From positions 62,001-126,000 of the forward strand of contig KZ538494.1 of assembly GCA_000934665.2 (NCBI GenBank): a stretch of 64,000 nt of DNA, in the 5' to 3' direction. Within the stretch, counting starts at the first letter, position 1, and each line of letters begins with the position of its first letter. Position numbers and translations under genes: made by a program. Below are positions 62,001-64,000 of this stretch, piece after piece. The stretch is from Catajapyx aquilonaris. Its lineage: Eukaryota. The notes below the pieces were generated by a model, which was not told the origin of the DNA, searched no databases, and was given only the letters and a program-made list of their open reading frames with translations.

Positions 62001-64000
62001 ATAAAGGGACGCATCTGGAGAGCGTTTGTTGAGGCCCACCTCCCAGGATGGCGGTCACTGGGCAAGTAGGCGATTGGTCTAGAGCTCTGGAGAAAGTCAG
62101 GTTATGGGTTGTGACTATAGGCAATTTCTCTTGCGGAAAGGTACAGGACGATAAGAGGGAGAAATGTTTAGTCCCCTTGATCTAGCAGGACGAGATTGGG
62201 GAAAAGTCTATCATTCATCTATCAAGCAGTATTCCCAGGTTTTATCATAAATAACGATACCTTATTATTAAATTATTACCGGCACGTAAATACGTAAATG
62301 AGAAAAATAATTATTATTTATGTGCTACTTGTGCCATTGCATTTGTATTATACGTACCGTATAATAAACGGGCCACTATAGGCCACTGTAATTTAGTGCA
62401 CCTCAAATTAACATGCTCCCCCAAAAATCACTTCTCACTTAGATGAATCCGCTCTAAAACTGGTATTAAATTAAAATACAATTTCATATGTGCTAAGTTT
62501 TCGTTCTGCAGCATTCGTTTATCCCATCAAATATTGTCAAATGCCTCGTCCGCCTTGTAAATATTTTATTTTAACTTCGAGAGTAAGGTTTTGTAGGTCA
62601 TATTGCACATGAGAGGCCCGAGAGTAACTTACAGAAGCGACCTGATAAACCTTGAACCTTGGATTGTTTGTATTATATGTGAATCAGCAGACTTCGGCTG
62701 CTTGGATCGACTAAGTGAGAGCATTTACGACTTTTGTCACCCCCATGCATTGCCCAAAATTAATTTTGGTTGTATGGTTGAGCCGGGTTGAGCAGAAGTT
62801 ACTCAAGAAAACATACGCGTTTTCATCAGACGTCATATCTACGGTGTCTTCCCATGCCTGACAGGGTGGACTGATTTGCAGATAATCTGACCCAGTTTCG
62901 TACATCCGTGGCATCTTCAAGTGGTCCAAGTTTCCTCAAAATCAGCAGAGGTCGGAGAAATTTCCTCCGATAGTGATCGAGTTGACATTCAGGCAACCAG
63001 ACGTTATCCTATCACTCCATGGCTACCCATGAGCCTCCCTTGCCATGCGGTGAGTCTAACTTCCAGGATGAACTCGTGCATCCACAAGCGGACTATTTTC
63101 ACGTCTTTGCTGGGTTTCACGTGCTGCATCAAAATTATGTCGGAAAGTGGGGAAAAGCAGGGGGGTATAATATGGCAAACATTATAATCACCTCACACAA
63201 GCAGTCAATAAAAATTCTCGCAAAAATATTTCTCTTGTTAATTAACAGCGGGTGCCTCTTCGTTTTTAATCGAATAAGCAAATGTTCCGCGGCCACGTTA
63301 TGGTAACAGAGCACCGCATCGTTCTGTTTGATAAGCCTCGGTGATCAAATTTTTCCGCGCTCAAGTGCCAGTTTACTAGAACAGGGACTAGACGAATTAT
63401 TTTCAAAACTAATTGCCAACCTATGAGACTACCACACAGATTACCTACAATGACTTTAATTAAATAGTTAGGGACATTATTGCAAGTGATACTCTTGAAA
63501 CTAGAGTATGCAAGGTAATAAGTAATTGCAAGATTTTCTTCAGATAAGGCGACCTTTGGTCTGGTCTTTGAATAGGCAAAGAGATCTGCATAACTCAGCG
63601 CGCGAACTTCTTCTCTGATTAACAATTTCGCGATGCCAAGTATTGCGGAAATGCCTATGGTAATGATTTTGATTTGTGAAAAATGATACAATTTCCGAAT
63701 AAAGGAATATTTCAGGGGAATGTATTTCTTTTATCTTTAAAATAATCCTAAATAGCAATACTAAGGCACTCACTCTAGTGCTCCGGCATGAGGGCAGTGA
63801 TATGCACAGTGCAAGTTTTACATGTCAGTACTGCATAATTGGAGCATACTGTACATGTCGGAGTCAACCATGTGGAGGACACGGAAGTAATAATAGCTGT
63901 CAGTGTTGGCTCTGTCCTCTGCATGGAATACATACATGTACCCATGAACATGGCTACAAACCTAGGCACGTAATTGCCAAGATTAGTATACTACCTGATA

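Noticed and set aside
63266..63969. 141-aa ORF (63266-63691) and Cys-rich ORF (63775-63969, CxxC...CxxC)
   Set aside because: No recognisable domain, non-ATG starts and no coherent splice or frame structure; resemblance to a zinc-binding tail is too weak.
1..64000. Known conserved arthropod miRNAs, CRISPR arrays, prokaryotic operons or defence systems
   Set aside because: Only partial seed-length matches to miRNAs recalled from memory (e.g. ~9437, ~28890, ~45163); no repeat-spacer arrays or gene-dense structure; the sequence is eukaryotic intron. A miRBase/Rfam search would be decisive.

Overview
This is eukaryotic genomic DNA, very likely arthropod, and almost entirely non-coding. It holds the 5' end of a LAR-family (type IIa) receptor protein tyrosine phosphatase gene (Lar; vertebrate PTPRF/PTPRD/PTPRS family) on the minus strand. 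Reading 5' to 3' (high to low coordinates): a GC/CpG-rich putative promoter (~58.5-59.05 kb), a signal-peptide exon (ATG 57995, donor after 57899), a 52,162-bp phase-1 intron (57898-5737), the 291-bp Ig1 exon (5736-5446), and a further intron running off the left edge. The two exons splice in frame (...CPGFSHAQ|DPPEISRAPKD...). Almost all other ORFs in the track look spurious. The most interesting signal is a consensus-perfect candidate recursive-splice (ratchet) site in the giant intron (T10-ACATG-TAG|GTAAGT at 22457/22456). A weaker candidate at 40289/40288 would, with it, cut the intron into near-equal thirds (17.6, 17.8 and 16.7 kb). Also present are a clean PIF/Harbinger-type MITE with TAA duplication, a degenerate relative, a (TAA)28 microsatellite, a TGTCA motif cluster and many GC-richer enhancer-like islands. 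I found no prokaryotic-type system, CRISPR array, rRNA or tRNA gene.
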